Shown: piece after piece, positions 1 to 13,500 of the stretch | Layout of the letters: the number at the start of each line of letters is the position of its first letter | How positions within the stretch are numbered: the first letter of the stretch is position 1 | Program-made: the position numbers and the translations under genes | The notes under the pieces: model-generated | Told to the model about the DNA's origin: nothing | Databases searched by the model: none | Seen by the model: the letters and a program-made list of their open reading frames with translations, nothing else | Assembly (NCBI GenBank): GCA_030141605.1 | Contig: JAQGDQ010000335.1 | Span: 194,485-258,484, forward strand | Direction of reading: 5' to 3' | Source: Tubiluchus corallicola | Lineage: Eukaryota > Animalia > Priapulida | Length of the DNA: 64,000 nt

Positions 1-3000
1 CAAGCATATAGGATTTGACTATAGTCGAATGTACATAATTATTTAAAAAAATGTTCTGCTGTTTGAAAGCTAAAATTGTGAGACTAGTACATATCCAATG
101 TTACATGTTTCGATTGTTTAATTAATAAACAGAAATATTGCCTAATGATTTACTGCGCAGTTTTCACCTAGAAAACGCGAGTTTGACATTATATAATCAA
201 GTACAGAAGTACAAGATATGGATTGAACTTTCCTGACATATTTATTAGACGTTACAGTAATGTATTGGAAACTTTTGCTGCAAACTGTGGTGGTGCTGCC
301 ATCTGTAATGAACTATTGAAAGGTTAGACTGGATTATTAAGTTAGCATAACGGAATAGGTCAAAAGACTATTCTACGCCTTACCACAAATAGAATGGTGT
401 TGTTAGAACTGAATGTATGCATAAATTGCACATTATATTTTCTCTGATATAGCTAATTTTGTTGCCTTGTTGTAATTGTTTGTACATAGCTGTAAATTGA
501 ACCAGCCTAGAGTTATTCATGTAAATACGTGATGAATTTCATAGATGCTTGATTAAAGTAGTTATTAATTGTGCCTATATTTTTGCAGCTATTATAATTG
601 TAGCCAAAGCTAATATCTTTGTAAGCTAGTATTTTTTGTTATGACTATTGGCATATTGAGTAAAATGTTGTGGAAATAAATATTTGCCGCAAATTGTTTA
701 GCTGATATGAGCATGTACTTTTTTGAGCACAGTCACAAAAATGACATGAAGAGTTGCATCCAAACACGATTTAAAGTGCAAATTTCTTTGACTGCTACTT
801 GAGTGACTAAATTTTTGTTATTTAATTATGCATCATGCTTAAAAGGAAGAGGAAAATTTTCAGAAAACCTTCCATATAAAGTTATATTACACAGCATGAA
901 ATTTGCCTGTCTGAAAAACATGAAAAAGAAAATTCTTAATAACTTAAAGCGTTTGCGCTAATTAATAAAATACCACTGTTTCTGCATCCCAGTGTGTGCA
1001 AATAAATGCCACTCGCCCACTAAAAATGATATTAATCTTATTGACACAATAAAGTAATTCACATTTTTCATTAATTAGTGATGTATGTACTACAAATGCC
1101 CCAATTATTTTATTTTTCGAACGTTATGTAATGTTATATGATTCAAATGACTTATGCAACTATCATCGAGGGAGTTAAGTTTACAAGTTTTCTACAGTGT
1201 TGCAAGCTCTGTGCCAAAATAAGACTGCGTGTAAGTATTACAAAATTTTAAGACCGAATTTCTTTTGGCTTTATGTAGGTAATGGTTATCTTTAATGATA
1301 CAACTATACAATGCTATTCCAGTTGTATCATTTGCAATCAAGTAGCCTTAAACTTGGTTCGAACTGAGTTCAACTCTTATGCAAAGATAAAACTAGACAT
1401 GCACAATAATACAAAGTGAAATAGAAATTTAAGATATTCTGACCGCAAGTAATGAGAGTATTAATCATATTGCGCAATGTATCCATAGCAACAAGTAAAC
1501 TTGTGTCTGACCTATTTTTAAAATTGTCTTTCCACAGACAAAATAATAACATGTCTTGTTGACAACATACAACAAGAAACGCAGGCAATCAATAACATGT
1601 CTAGCATGTTTATTTTTACACATAGATCACGAGAAAATTTGCCAATATTTTTTTCAACAGAATTTATTTTGCACAGACGAAGATCTTGATTTAGCACTCT
1701 ACAATGCATAATTGTTACAAAAACATTACAGCCAAATATTCAAGTGAAAAATTTTAACAGAGATTAGAGGTGCCGTGATTGAAACTTAACATTAGTTGTA
1801 ATCCTGAACACATCTTACATAATGCCATAGCATGTTTTGAGAAAACATTACTTACATTAATGGAGTTATTAATAAATTAGTTAATTTAACTTTGTATAAT
1901 TTAACAATTAATATTAATATGGTAAATAACTATTGCTAAAAACTAATCTTTACAACTGACTTACAATGATCTAAATAAATCAAGAAGAATATAAAAAAGT
2001 ACACAAATAAAGAAAAGGGTTTGTAATGTCTCTGAAATCTTACATTTAACAAATTTAATAACCGCGCAAAATTCAAGTTGAATGCTATTCAAGCTGTGCA
2101 CTTAGCGATGAATTCAAGTGATCCGTTGCATTCAAGCTCATTTTTATTATTGTGTTAGACTGACAGCTGTTTTGGCACTGGTTTAACACGGACTGATCAA
2201 CTCGAACAGTGATCAGCATTATGCTAGCTGGACTCTCGTCATAGACTTAATGAATTTTACTTACATAACAAATAAAATTAATATAACTGCAGGACCATAA
2301 ACAAAGTAATACAAAATATAACTTTTAGAGAAAAAATTCTGAATCAGAATAGAAGACAGAAACGGCATCTAACAAACACATATTTCTTAACACACAATTA
2401 CAACGACGATAAATTAATCATACATAATCTAGATAAATTACAGGTAAGATATTCTCTAAAAACAATAAATGCCAAAACGAATTACCCTAATGTTGTGCAT
2501 AGTAAAACTAAACTTAAACAGCATTAATAGCATAGCCACATTAGTACAGTACATTACAATTTTAGTAATTATAATCTGTTTTAGAGTTCTGTTAATAACA
2601 TGTTAACGAAATTGACTGACAAAATTTAACGTTACACAAAGAAACAAGAACAAAATCGTCAAGTACTGAGATTTTTGTGAGCTAGGTATTACAAATACAA
2701 GAAGTGGGAAATGCTTACAATAGTGATAATATGTATATGTAGAACCACGCTAATCTAAAACAGCCTACACTAGCAAACAATAATTTTATAATGTAATATA
2801 TTTATATATGTATATCACAGCTCTTTGCTAAATAATAACTTAGAACAATGCAAAAACCTTCAAACAATTGTACACCAGAATTAAAAACTTACGAAAATTA
2901 AAAGTGATGTGAACTTTCAGAACTTGTGACCAAGGACAACACCTAAAGTTTGAAAAGTTATTTTCATTGCACTCAGTGTAAAACAGCATCAATTGTTAGA

Positions 3001-4191
3001 CAATTTTCCAGTAAAAATTTTTTTGCATGTTTTCGATTTATCTACAAATTTCTTACAGTGCCACTACTGCCCAAATTTAAGAGCTATCTTAATTTAAGAA
3101 ATATCTTAAAAATCCATTAAACATTCTTGTCTTTAGCAAAAATTTTTGATTGGTAACATTAATAACACAATGTTGACGTGTTCATTTGTAACATTACTAA
3201 CATTACCTTGATGATTTTACCTAAGTTGTGAACCCAAGAACAAAACTGAAATCCTAAAGGTTGAATGAAAGGGAAACAAGAAGGTAGCACAGAACGTACG
3301 AAACAAATGAAATTTAAACACTATTGAAAAAACCGGCAAAGTAGTATTGCAAGCACCAATATACTCTCTAAATTTCTACGTTAAACGACTAGTAGTTAAA
3401 CTCTTAAAGTACAAAACATTTTAAGTTAACAAATAGTAATAGGAATAATATGCACTTAATAGTATACATACAGAAGTGAGTGCCAATAGTTAAACATTGT
3501 GAAACGTGGACTGAAAATGGAAGAGCAAACAATAGCAAAAAATGTGCAATATTAGTAACTGTAATCCACGTATGTTAGTTAGACATAAGCACCCATTTAA
3601 AACAACAGAATTATTAATGACAAGTGCATAATGCAAATATGCATTTCTTTACAAGATGACCTTCAAGAACAACCTGTGAAGCAAACAAGTACTAACAAAG
3701 CCAAAGCATAATAACAACATGTTTTTTTTTGCACATGAACACAGTATAGTGCAATTAGAAATGAGCTAGTTGTGACTTTTGACACAAGTTAAACTAAACG
3801 TTTACCAAAAAATAAAAATTTTATGACCAACTAGCTGTGACACAGTACCATCAGATATATCAAACAACAAACCTGCCTAATCTTTAATTGTACTTTGTAC
3901 TTCTTTTATGAGAGCTTTTTCACATAGCTGTCACTTAAAGGCAAATTTCACAGTTCTTTTCCAGAATGTTTCTTGCTGTCCATTTAAAGCAAAATGATGT
4001 CAAGGTTTGCCAGTAATGAAAACATGTTGGTAAAAGCTTTTCTACAAGCCAGTTATTAAATTTGTAGATTACAACTTGTCAGCCTAAAAACTTTGCATGG
4101 CAAGTTTAAATCCAAATTGTTGTGACTCTTTAGGCAAAATGCAGAAATGAAGCATTAAGATAAAAGTATTTCATTGAAAGAAAAAATACAT

Positions 4192-4546
4192 CTATGTGTT
4201 ACAATCTGCGGAACCATTTTCGGAATTGGACTCTTCAAAACTAGGCTCTGGTATGGACTGGGCAGTCAACGGACTTGGATAGTTCGCTTTGTTGCCACCA
4301 GTCGGAGTCGTGGGGCTGCGATTTTTGCGAAAAGCAGGTTGTGCGCCATCGGAGACTTCGTCATTTCGAGAGAGTTGTGAAGGTGATAAACTTGCTGTTT
4401 TAGAGCTGCGTAGCTGAATGTCAGGAGATTCAATCTCCACTGCAAGGCGCCACTGTAGCTGTTCGTTCTCCATGGACAATCGCTTGTTTGCATGTGACTC
4501 TTTATTGTAGTTGGCCCTCAGTTTGATTTGTTCTTGGGTCAATTGC
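4192..4546 (-). CDS. MTUS-like gene, last coding exon (NKRLSMENEQLQWRL + SP/TP-rich tail)
   Basis: Acceptor tttttcag at 4547-4548, phase 2; stop TAG at 4192-4194; MTUS signature motif. Confidence 0.92.
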
Positions 4547-7500
4547 CTGAAAAATGGTACAACATTATATAAAGTAAGATTTCATTAAACCAAAACCAAA
4601 CTAATACCTGAACTAAGGCAACAGTGAATTGTTAACCTAGAAAGTAAATGTGTTTAAGTTAAACCTATGTAAATAAAAAATAAGATCAAGCCCGTTTTTG
4701 AAACAAACACAGCATATTTAGTTTAACAAACATCTTTAGCTGATTCACCAGTTCTGTTCTGAACATTAAGGAATTAATTCACTGTTGCAGGAGGTAAAAT
4801 GTAATCCTACCTTAGAGTAAGGTCATAAAAAAGAAAGGATTATCAATAATGAAAAAACGCATACGTATTAAAAATGTTAAACTATTAGCAAAGCAATAAC
4901 AGTGCTAAGCACAATTAAAGTAATTTTCGCAGAACTAAAATGACAATTTTAATCTTATATACCTCTGGCTTTCTTTGGTAATGGAAACCATAGCACTGAG
5001 ATCCTCAGCTCGTTGCTCCAAAAAGGTAATTCTTTCTCTTGCAATTGGCAGTTCTTCCAGCTACAACATAACAAAAATGAAAGCAAATATTATCAAAACT
5101 CCATAAAGGAACAGTTTCATTTGTTGCTTTGCTATAATGGGATTAGAGCAAAACTAAGTTTCAAATGCACATAAAAGTGTTTTGGAAAGAATCAAAAGAA
5201 ATGCGTATTGGCAACGGGAACAGCAGAGTATTTATAGCGTTTCCCTGGTTACAAAGTAGCAACAACCTGGTTAGAAAATGATTGGTTGAGCATTGAGAAA
5301 ACTTTTTTTGGCAAATTCTGCTTCAAAACTTATCCTTGGTAATAAGGCAGGTTATGGTCACACTACAACTATCTACATGAAATAGGACTGTAGTAGAATG
5401 CCATATCCCTACTTACCTCTTTCTTTATTCGATTGTTTTCATTTCGCAGCTCCCGTATTTCATCATTTCTCATTTCCACAACAGCCTTTAAACTCTCTAC
5501 CTCTTTGGGCAAGTCTTTGAACTGTGCCAGTGCCGTCTGTAAAAAACAATTTTATTGCAGAACCTAGAAAGACATTTTATCTGACACATGACGTGCGAAT
5601 CAAAAATACCAGTATTTTTTTCAGAATAACTGCCAGATAGAAGCTACTAAGTGGTCTAAAACTGGAGGAACTTACTTGAAACTAAATGCAAGAAACTACT
5701 GCCACTTTGGCACATGAGATAAGAAGAGTTTATTATCTTATTATTTAACTTATTATCTGCGCTCAACAGTCAAATGTAAGTGGTGTAAATACAGAAGCAA
5801 CTGCAGATATAAATGGAAAAAGTAATAAATATAATCTTCTAATGTCCTGCACCTCCAACATTTTACCTGAATTTTAGTGTCTGTGTCTTTAAGCATAGCT
5901 TCTTCGAACTCCTTCGACTTCTGCTGCAGCAACTCAAATTGTTCTTCATATTCAAACAGTTTGACCTGAAACAAAACAACAAACATTTTGTCGAGCCTTG
6001 TCGAGTATACAAACAGCACTGTTATGAACAGGTACTAGTATGACACTTGCAGCTACATTAATATAATGCCGTAATGTAACTTTGTTTGAGTTTTACGTGT
6101 TTCAGTTTTGATTAACAGTTTACTATAGATGAGTGTTTAGCTAGTATTATGAATAGGCGCTGTAAGTACTGCAGGATGGGAAAGTCACACACCTGTCCTT
6201 CAACAAGTGCATAAGTTGGAAACTAGGCTGTCGTCATATTTTATTTTCGATGGCTTCAGTCAGCATGTTTTTCGCTATGAAGTAAAGACGTTTGCTCTGT
6301 ACGTTTTACCTGTGGACTATGACATTTGCTACATTTTGACATTTAGCATTTTTAGAACTGTGATTACAGTAAAGGTCAGCAACATTTTCGTGCAGTCCAG
6401 ATATGTTATGAAGAATTTTGTGCAATATCGGAATTCACAGCCAAATGGATACTTGGGGCAGTTTGCTTAATCCGTTATGGTGTTACTACTGTTCACGTGA
6501 AAGGTTGGATTGAATACCACCACATAAATTTACCTGACGCCAGCCTCTGAGGCAGCTAAACTATTCTCGATGTTACCTCACCTACCTAATCTACTGCACA
6601 GTGCAGACTTCGTTTCCAGTGGCATCACCAATGACTTATGTGGCATGCCACAAGATGTTAATGGATAGTGAACCATCTCAGTGTGGACAAGCTTTTCGGT
6701 GCACCTCCGTGGAAAGGGTAATTAGTGACTACCTAATGTATTAGATCTTGATTTGTTTATCTTTCGTTTGAATTTGCCTCGTATTTATTTTTCTTCCATG
6801 TCTGGTAAACAACACTAGTGTCTGAGAAGTTTTGCAACAATTTGAAAGTTTGTTGTTTAAAGTTATAACATGATTTAGATTTGCATTATCTGAAAAACAG
6901 CTAAACTCTAGTGATTAAATATAGTCTTGTTGTCTGAGAGACTGCCTTTGAAAGTATTTTTAATTTTAAACCAAAAGGGAATGCAGCAGTACGGCAAAAG
7001 AAAAATATCCTTTTGATCATCACAAATTTGTATATTAAATTTTGATCATTTCTATACACAAAAAATAGGTGTTTTTGGAGTGCATCTTTTTGTGAAAGTT
7101 TACAAAGTATTTAAATAGTAAAAAAATACCATGAATAGTTCACACTTTGTTTGCTAAACACAATAACAGCAACTCAAGGCCGGCATTTAAGATCCCATTC
7201 GTGATTCGAACCCACATCTTTTGTCTCAAAGTGCGCCCAATAGAAGGACCTAGGGCCAACTCATGCAGTTTCTACTACCATCTGTGTACTACTACCACAC
7301 CACTCGGCTAGGAATACTAGTTTGGGAATTGTTGGAGCAAATCTGGTTTAAATAAAGTACAGAAAACCAACAAATAAAAGCCGGCGTCACAAGCGCACTG
7401 CCACATGTTGCAATTTTTTATTTAGCTAATATAGTATATTTCTCACTTATATGTAAGCTTAACGTTGGTGGCACCAATCTTTTTGCCGACAAAGTAAGTG

Positions 7501-10500
7501 ACAACAAAATATAAAGTAAGCAAGAATACATTATTTTCTTATATCATTGAAAAATATGTTCAACAGATTACGTTTTACCAGGATTCAAAGTAAAAAGTGC
7601 TTTAAATGTTACCTCAAGGTCTTGTCTGTCCAGTTCGTGACTTGACTTTAGATCTAACATTTCTTTTTTGTGAATATCCTTGAGTTCTGGAACAAAAAGA
7701 TGATTGCTTTTAAACAAATCAAAAGCAAATTGAACAGTAACAATAACAGCAAATTCATTTTTAATATTAAAAGATATATGTCACTACAAAACTCACAACT
7801 TAATATGACGAGAAGGACTCCACTTCTACAGCATTATTAATTTGGAGATAACATTTCAAACAATGTCCTATGATCCTAATGGTCCCACAAATCAAGTGAA
7901 AACAAAATCAGTCAAAACTCAGTTAACTGGTTAACTGCTTTGGCACTTACTAAAACAAATTTATGGCATACGAAAACATATTTACTTTTCAACAAATACA
8001 TTGATGTATCTAATCTTTTACAATAATGTTATACTGTTATCGCTGTCATGGAATTTAAAGTTCGTAATTGTGCCTGCCATGAACACACCCACGTTTTACT
8101 ATACTTACCTCGAAGCTGTAGGGCATGCTTTTCTTTCAGCTGATTTTGCTGTCGATCGTGTGATTTCGATAAATCTTCCCGGTGCATCTCATTCAACATC
8201 TCTAACTCAGAAATCTAAGCATATTTAACAAATCATTAATTTTCCAATAGCTATAACAATAAATGATTCTCATGCATCAGCAGATAATTTTGAAAATCAC
8301 AAGATGATAGGGTTCTTAAAAATGCATGAAAACTTGGTAATTAGCATCTGAAAATTTCATTTCAAATAATTCACACCAGACAAACACTAGAGGAAAACAA
8401 ATTTTGTATTTCCACAATAATCACATTTTTGTTCCATATTCTCATAACAAAGAGTACATGATAGTCTGGACCATTTGCTTTAATGCTGCATTACTCAGTA
8501 TGCAAATACAAGAAGGCATGCATTTTACTTTATTAGAAAATGCCATAAATTGCATACAAAAACATCAAGGTTATGTAGAGATAGTGTGTAAACCTTAAAC
8601 TAACTTATTAATTTGCCAAAGAAAGGCTATAATAAACATTCATCTCCTTCCTGATATGCTGAAAGTAAAACTTAAAACTAAAACTAGCTGCAGGGCACGG
8701 TTCATTATATATGAAGGCAAGCTAAATGTAAGATAAAAACAGCAATGGATAAAGTAAAATTAAAAATGAAAAGTAAGTGAATAAAAAATGCTGTCTAAAA
8801 ATAAGTGAATAAAATAATGTAAGTAGTGCTTTAACTTTAAAGTTTGGGGATATATGAAAAAACATTTAGCAACATAAGAACAACTAACCTCTTTGTCGTG
8901 AATCAACTTCAAGTCCTCAATATCTTTCTTGTGCTCTTTGTCCACTGTGAAAATAATATAAAAATGATAACAGATGCAGTCCTACAGTGTTTACCAAAAT
9001 GAACTCTCTAAATGCTCATCTTGCCAATTTAAATGTGTAGCACGAAATACTAACATCTGATTTCTGTCTCTTTCTGCTGCTGTGCAAACGATGAACGGAG
9101 AGATTCCAGTACTTCTTGGTGACTGTTCTCTAATGCAACTACTTGACAGTGATGGCAGTCAGTAAGTGAAACAATTTCTCGTTGCAAAGATTCTTGCTCT
9201 AACTTGAGGTCAACTGCAATTGAAAATAGAATTTTAGCATTGATTAGAGATCTCGCAAATAAACTAATTGTGACAAGAGCGCTGTTTTTCTGAGTTTAAT
9301 TTCTCTATAACAGAATAAGGGACAATTATTTCAGTATTAATGAATACTTGCAAAAAATAGCCAAACATGCTAAGATAGTGGAAACCACACAGTGTGGCTT
9401 AGAACAGCCCATTGTTACATGATTTGTATATAAAATCTACAAAAGATTTATTACGTGCAAAGTCCTTTTAAAGCATTGTCCTTTTCAAGACAACAAAATA
9501 AGTAAATGCCAAACAGTTAAGGATTTGTAACCTGTAGTGAGAGGCTAAATAATGGTTAGTTAATTTATAGCATAATTAAGAATACCACTAGTAGTTTATG
9601 GAGTAACCTGTTACAAGTTACCTATGGTTTTGTTGGCCTCAGTTAAGCATGCATTGACTTCAGCCAATTGTGATTTCAGATGTGGTGTCTCAAATGCATC
9701 CAGCTGAAACAATTAAGTCACAAAATAAAAATTTACAAAGAAATTTCATTATACAAAATGCCATCAGAAAACACTTGACTTCAGCTTTGTAAAACAAGAT
9801 ATGATTTTTGATTGAAAAGGTACTGTCAAACAGGTACAGCTAAAATTATAAACTTCAATATAGCTTGTTTGAATGAGGTTCAATAGAAGTAATTGCACAG
9901 AAGAAAAACAGACAAAAACAAGATAACTGATGAAATAAATCGTCTGAACATTGCACAGACTGTAATGTGCTGCCGCCTGCTGGCAAAGCAAAAATGGAAT
10001 TGCAGAAATAGCAAAAACAACACAAACAAATGTCTGGCTTGAGAACTATGACTTCATTAAGTGATGTAGAACAAGACACATTTGTAATCAGATACCCTTG
10101 ACAAGCTGTCACGTTGACAAGCCGTTTCAACAATTTCTCAACTTTGTAAGAGACAAACATTTAGTAGGTAAACATAAGAATAAGACAAGAGCCCAAAGCA
10201 AAAATAATTTAAGAAATTAAGAATGAAATAAAGAAATTAACAACCTAAGTAGTTATACAACATGTTAGGTACAATATGGAAAAAGTACCAGTGACAGGTC
10301 AAGTATCAACCTACCTGTTCAGTAAGATATCGTACAAGTATTGTCATTGCATCAAATGCCTTCTCACACTGCGCAAGTTGAAGTTTCACGGTACATAATT
10401 CCTTGTTACGAGCATCACATACTCCCTCCAACCGGGAAATTTCCTGTTGTGCCTGGTTGATTCGAGACTGTGCAGGAGGGAGCACATCTGGGATACCTCC

Positions 10501-13500
10501 TGACCGGACAATGTTGCCATTCTTCTGTTGCAGCTTAGTACGTGATTGGTCTGAAATAAAAAAGAACAATCAGATATAAGAGTTGCATTAGGAAAAACCA
10601 ACTGAAAGAACTTTCGTAAGAAAATGGGTGCTGTTGCATTCTGCAAGTAATAAAATTCTTGTTACTTATACACCAATTTAGGCAAAATTTCGAAACAAAA
10701 GAACCTCATAAACACCTGCAGCAATTCATTTTGAGTTTATCTAGTACAAACTTCAAACTGAGCAATATAGTCAGCTATTGGAATTTGGAAATTGGCAAAA
10801 AACCCTCATTTGATGGTTCTTGTGAAAAGTAAATCCTTTCCAGAAATGAAAACAAACCAACTCCAATAAAGGAAAAGAAAAAAGGCCTATTAGACTATTA
10901 AAATATTTAAATGGAATATCAATTTATATTGAATCGAGTAAAGATATTGTAACAAATTCAAAATTAAAAATCAAGTTGATCTTATTTATCACGAAACTCA
11001 TCACTGTCGACATTCTTCACTAGCTGTCAAATCATCTTGCCAATGAGCTGCCATAAGTAAGTTGAGTTCCTACTGGACTTTCTGAAAAGACCAAATCCCC
11101 AGTAGAGCAAATCAGCTGTAGAATGCATTGAGGTTCTCAAGATACACATGATTACAGATTAATTTTACATCACATGCTTATTGTCATGCAGGAAGAAAAG
11201 GTTGAACATTTCAATCATCTTAACTAGTAACACTTCTAAAAGTAATTAATTATCGCAATCATAATTTCAAGATACATGAGATATGCTAAACACTACTGTT
11301 TGCCGAACTAAAAATAAAGTATTTAGTCCAACTACATTAATAAGGAAAGCGTCCCTGCAACCAATTAGCCTATCCATTTTTTTAATTGCTAATATAAGAA
11401 AAGACCTAGTTTATCAAGAACTGACCAGAAGCGGAGATGATCAAACAGGCCTACAAGGGAATTAGATTTTTACAAAATAACCTAGAAGACTGAGATCCAT
11501 CACCCAAATTTCTCTTTTGCACTGGACCTCCCATACGTTTACATTTCCACCCAAGTGACCAGTGAAGTTTTATGACAGGGCGACCCGGACAAATTGTGCC
11601 GAATATTGTCCAGGTACACGATTTCGTAGATGGTTCCTACTATTGACAGCAAATATAAGCAGTCCAACTTTATTGTGATTAAAGTAGTGGGATTTCTTCT
11701 ATTGACCTTCATGCTTTTCTGAGGAAAAACGTTAACTTTTTAACGTTCGTCTTTCAGGGTTTGATTTCTACACGAAATACGAAGACACTGCCTAGCCTAG
11801 AACTCTGCTCGTATTACAACAGAGGGTACAACTAGACTCAGGAAGGGATTATTTGAATCTAGGCCGACCAAACCGAAAACGATAACACAGGAGGCAGTTG
11901 GGTAATCCTAACCAGAAGCTTAACTACACTGAAAGCTTATAGAATTATGGATGCTGCAGTTCATGTGATAACGTCTCATCATCAGAGCCTTACAACTTGC
12001 AAGTAAATCATCAACTGCTGCAACCTGTAAAAATTCAGAGGCACAAATTCTACTTCAATGTACATTTCTGCGTCATTAAGTGTTTTACTTTAATCCAAGA
12101 GCAAAAGGGAGGGTCTCCAGCTCCATTCTGTACATAAAATTTTCGAAAATTCTTTTAAGAAAATGATTATAAACTGTGAGACTTCATTCTCCAAAATAAT
12201 TATGCATACAATGAGTTTGTTGTATGGTATAGGTTGAATGCATTCATTACTGCCAAGGTGTTCTATTAGACGGTGCAGAATGGTAGACTGTTTAAGAAAG
12301 AAGAAAGGAGAACAAACTGACATAAAGCTGACATAAAACTGAACGTCTGTGGCATGCATTTTTTAATTTAGCTAGTTGAAATGCCTAACCTATTTGCTGC
12401 ATGGCACGGGTGAAACAAAAGCTGGACAAACTAAATAAAACGCGACCAACATTTTTGCCATTTTAGTCTATGCACTGATATGCACATTGCACAAAGTTGT
12501 CTAGAAAGGAACAATAGCCTTGCGTGTATCACCTTCCATGACCCATGACCAACAATACCTTGGGGCTATCAACTAACAAGTCTCTGCAATTTTCTTTTGA
12601 AAAGATGAATAGCAGTCGGGTCTTAACTTAACGTTAATGAAAATGGTAAAATAGCCATCTTAACGACTTACATAAGGAGGGTGTAACATAACGAAAAATA
12701 TGATGCAATAAATTATTTTAAAGATTTTCTTGTTGCAAACATGAAAACTAAAAACAAGGCAAGACCTATTCACTATTGGACTGGATGACATATTCGCACA
12801 GCCACACATTATTTGCCCTCATCAGTCAATTGTGTCAATTCCTCAAGCACCATTAACCTTGCCAGCTTTTCGACGAAAGACGTATTTTTTTCAAAAACAA
12901 AATTGCTGTTAATGATTTCTACCCAGTTTTGTAATATGAATCACGGAGCACATTGTTTGTCCAGCTAATCAGAATTCTTATAACAAATTTGCAAACATTT
13001 TTCTATAGAAATACAATTAGTAGGGAATTACTTTATGGTGAAAAATTCCGCAAGTAGCGACCCAAGGAAGGAAAATTAGCAGTAGATGCACGATCAGAAC
13101 AGCTATGCCCTTAGATCTGCGAGAATTGTAATTTCTCAGTTTTGAGTTCTAGCTGTAAAGCATGTAAGCGCAAAGTTATTTGCGAAAAGAAGCGGTTTTG
13201 AATGAAACCTGAGTGCACACAAAGTTCTTCACTGGACTGTTTGAACTAGCTCTAGCAGATACATATTTTTCGTCACTTGTGTTTATCTTCCAACTTCTAA
13301 TTAACTTATCATGTACCAAGTGCTGAAGTTTAGAAGCAGTTTTCCTACACCACTGGCTGAGTTGTGTTGATGGGTTCTTGGCCTACTTGGCTTACACCTT
13401 GAGCACACGTTCTTTGTCTGCTCCCGGAGATGCTACTCAACATGTGGTAGTAATCGCCGGGAGTTATTTTCAGCTGTTACTAGTACTTTGTTTCTGCATA

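Noticed and set aside
4957-4962. Possible U12-type intron (gtatat donor)
   Set aside because: It does not match the GTATCCTT U12 consensus; treated as an ordinary U2 donor.
7190-7318. Functional tRNA gene
   Set aside because: No pairing acceptor stem or identifiable anticodon arm.
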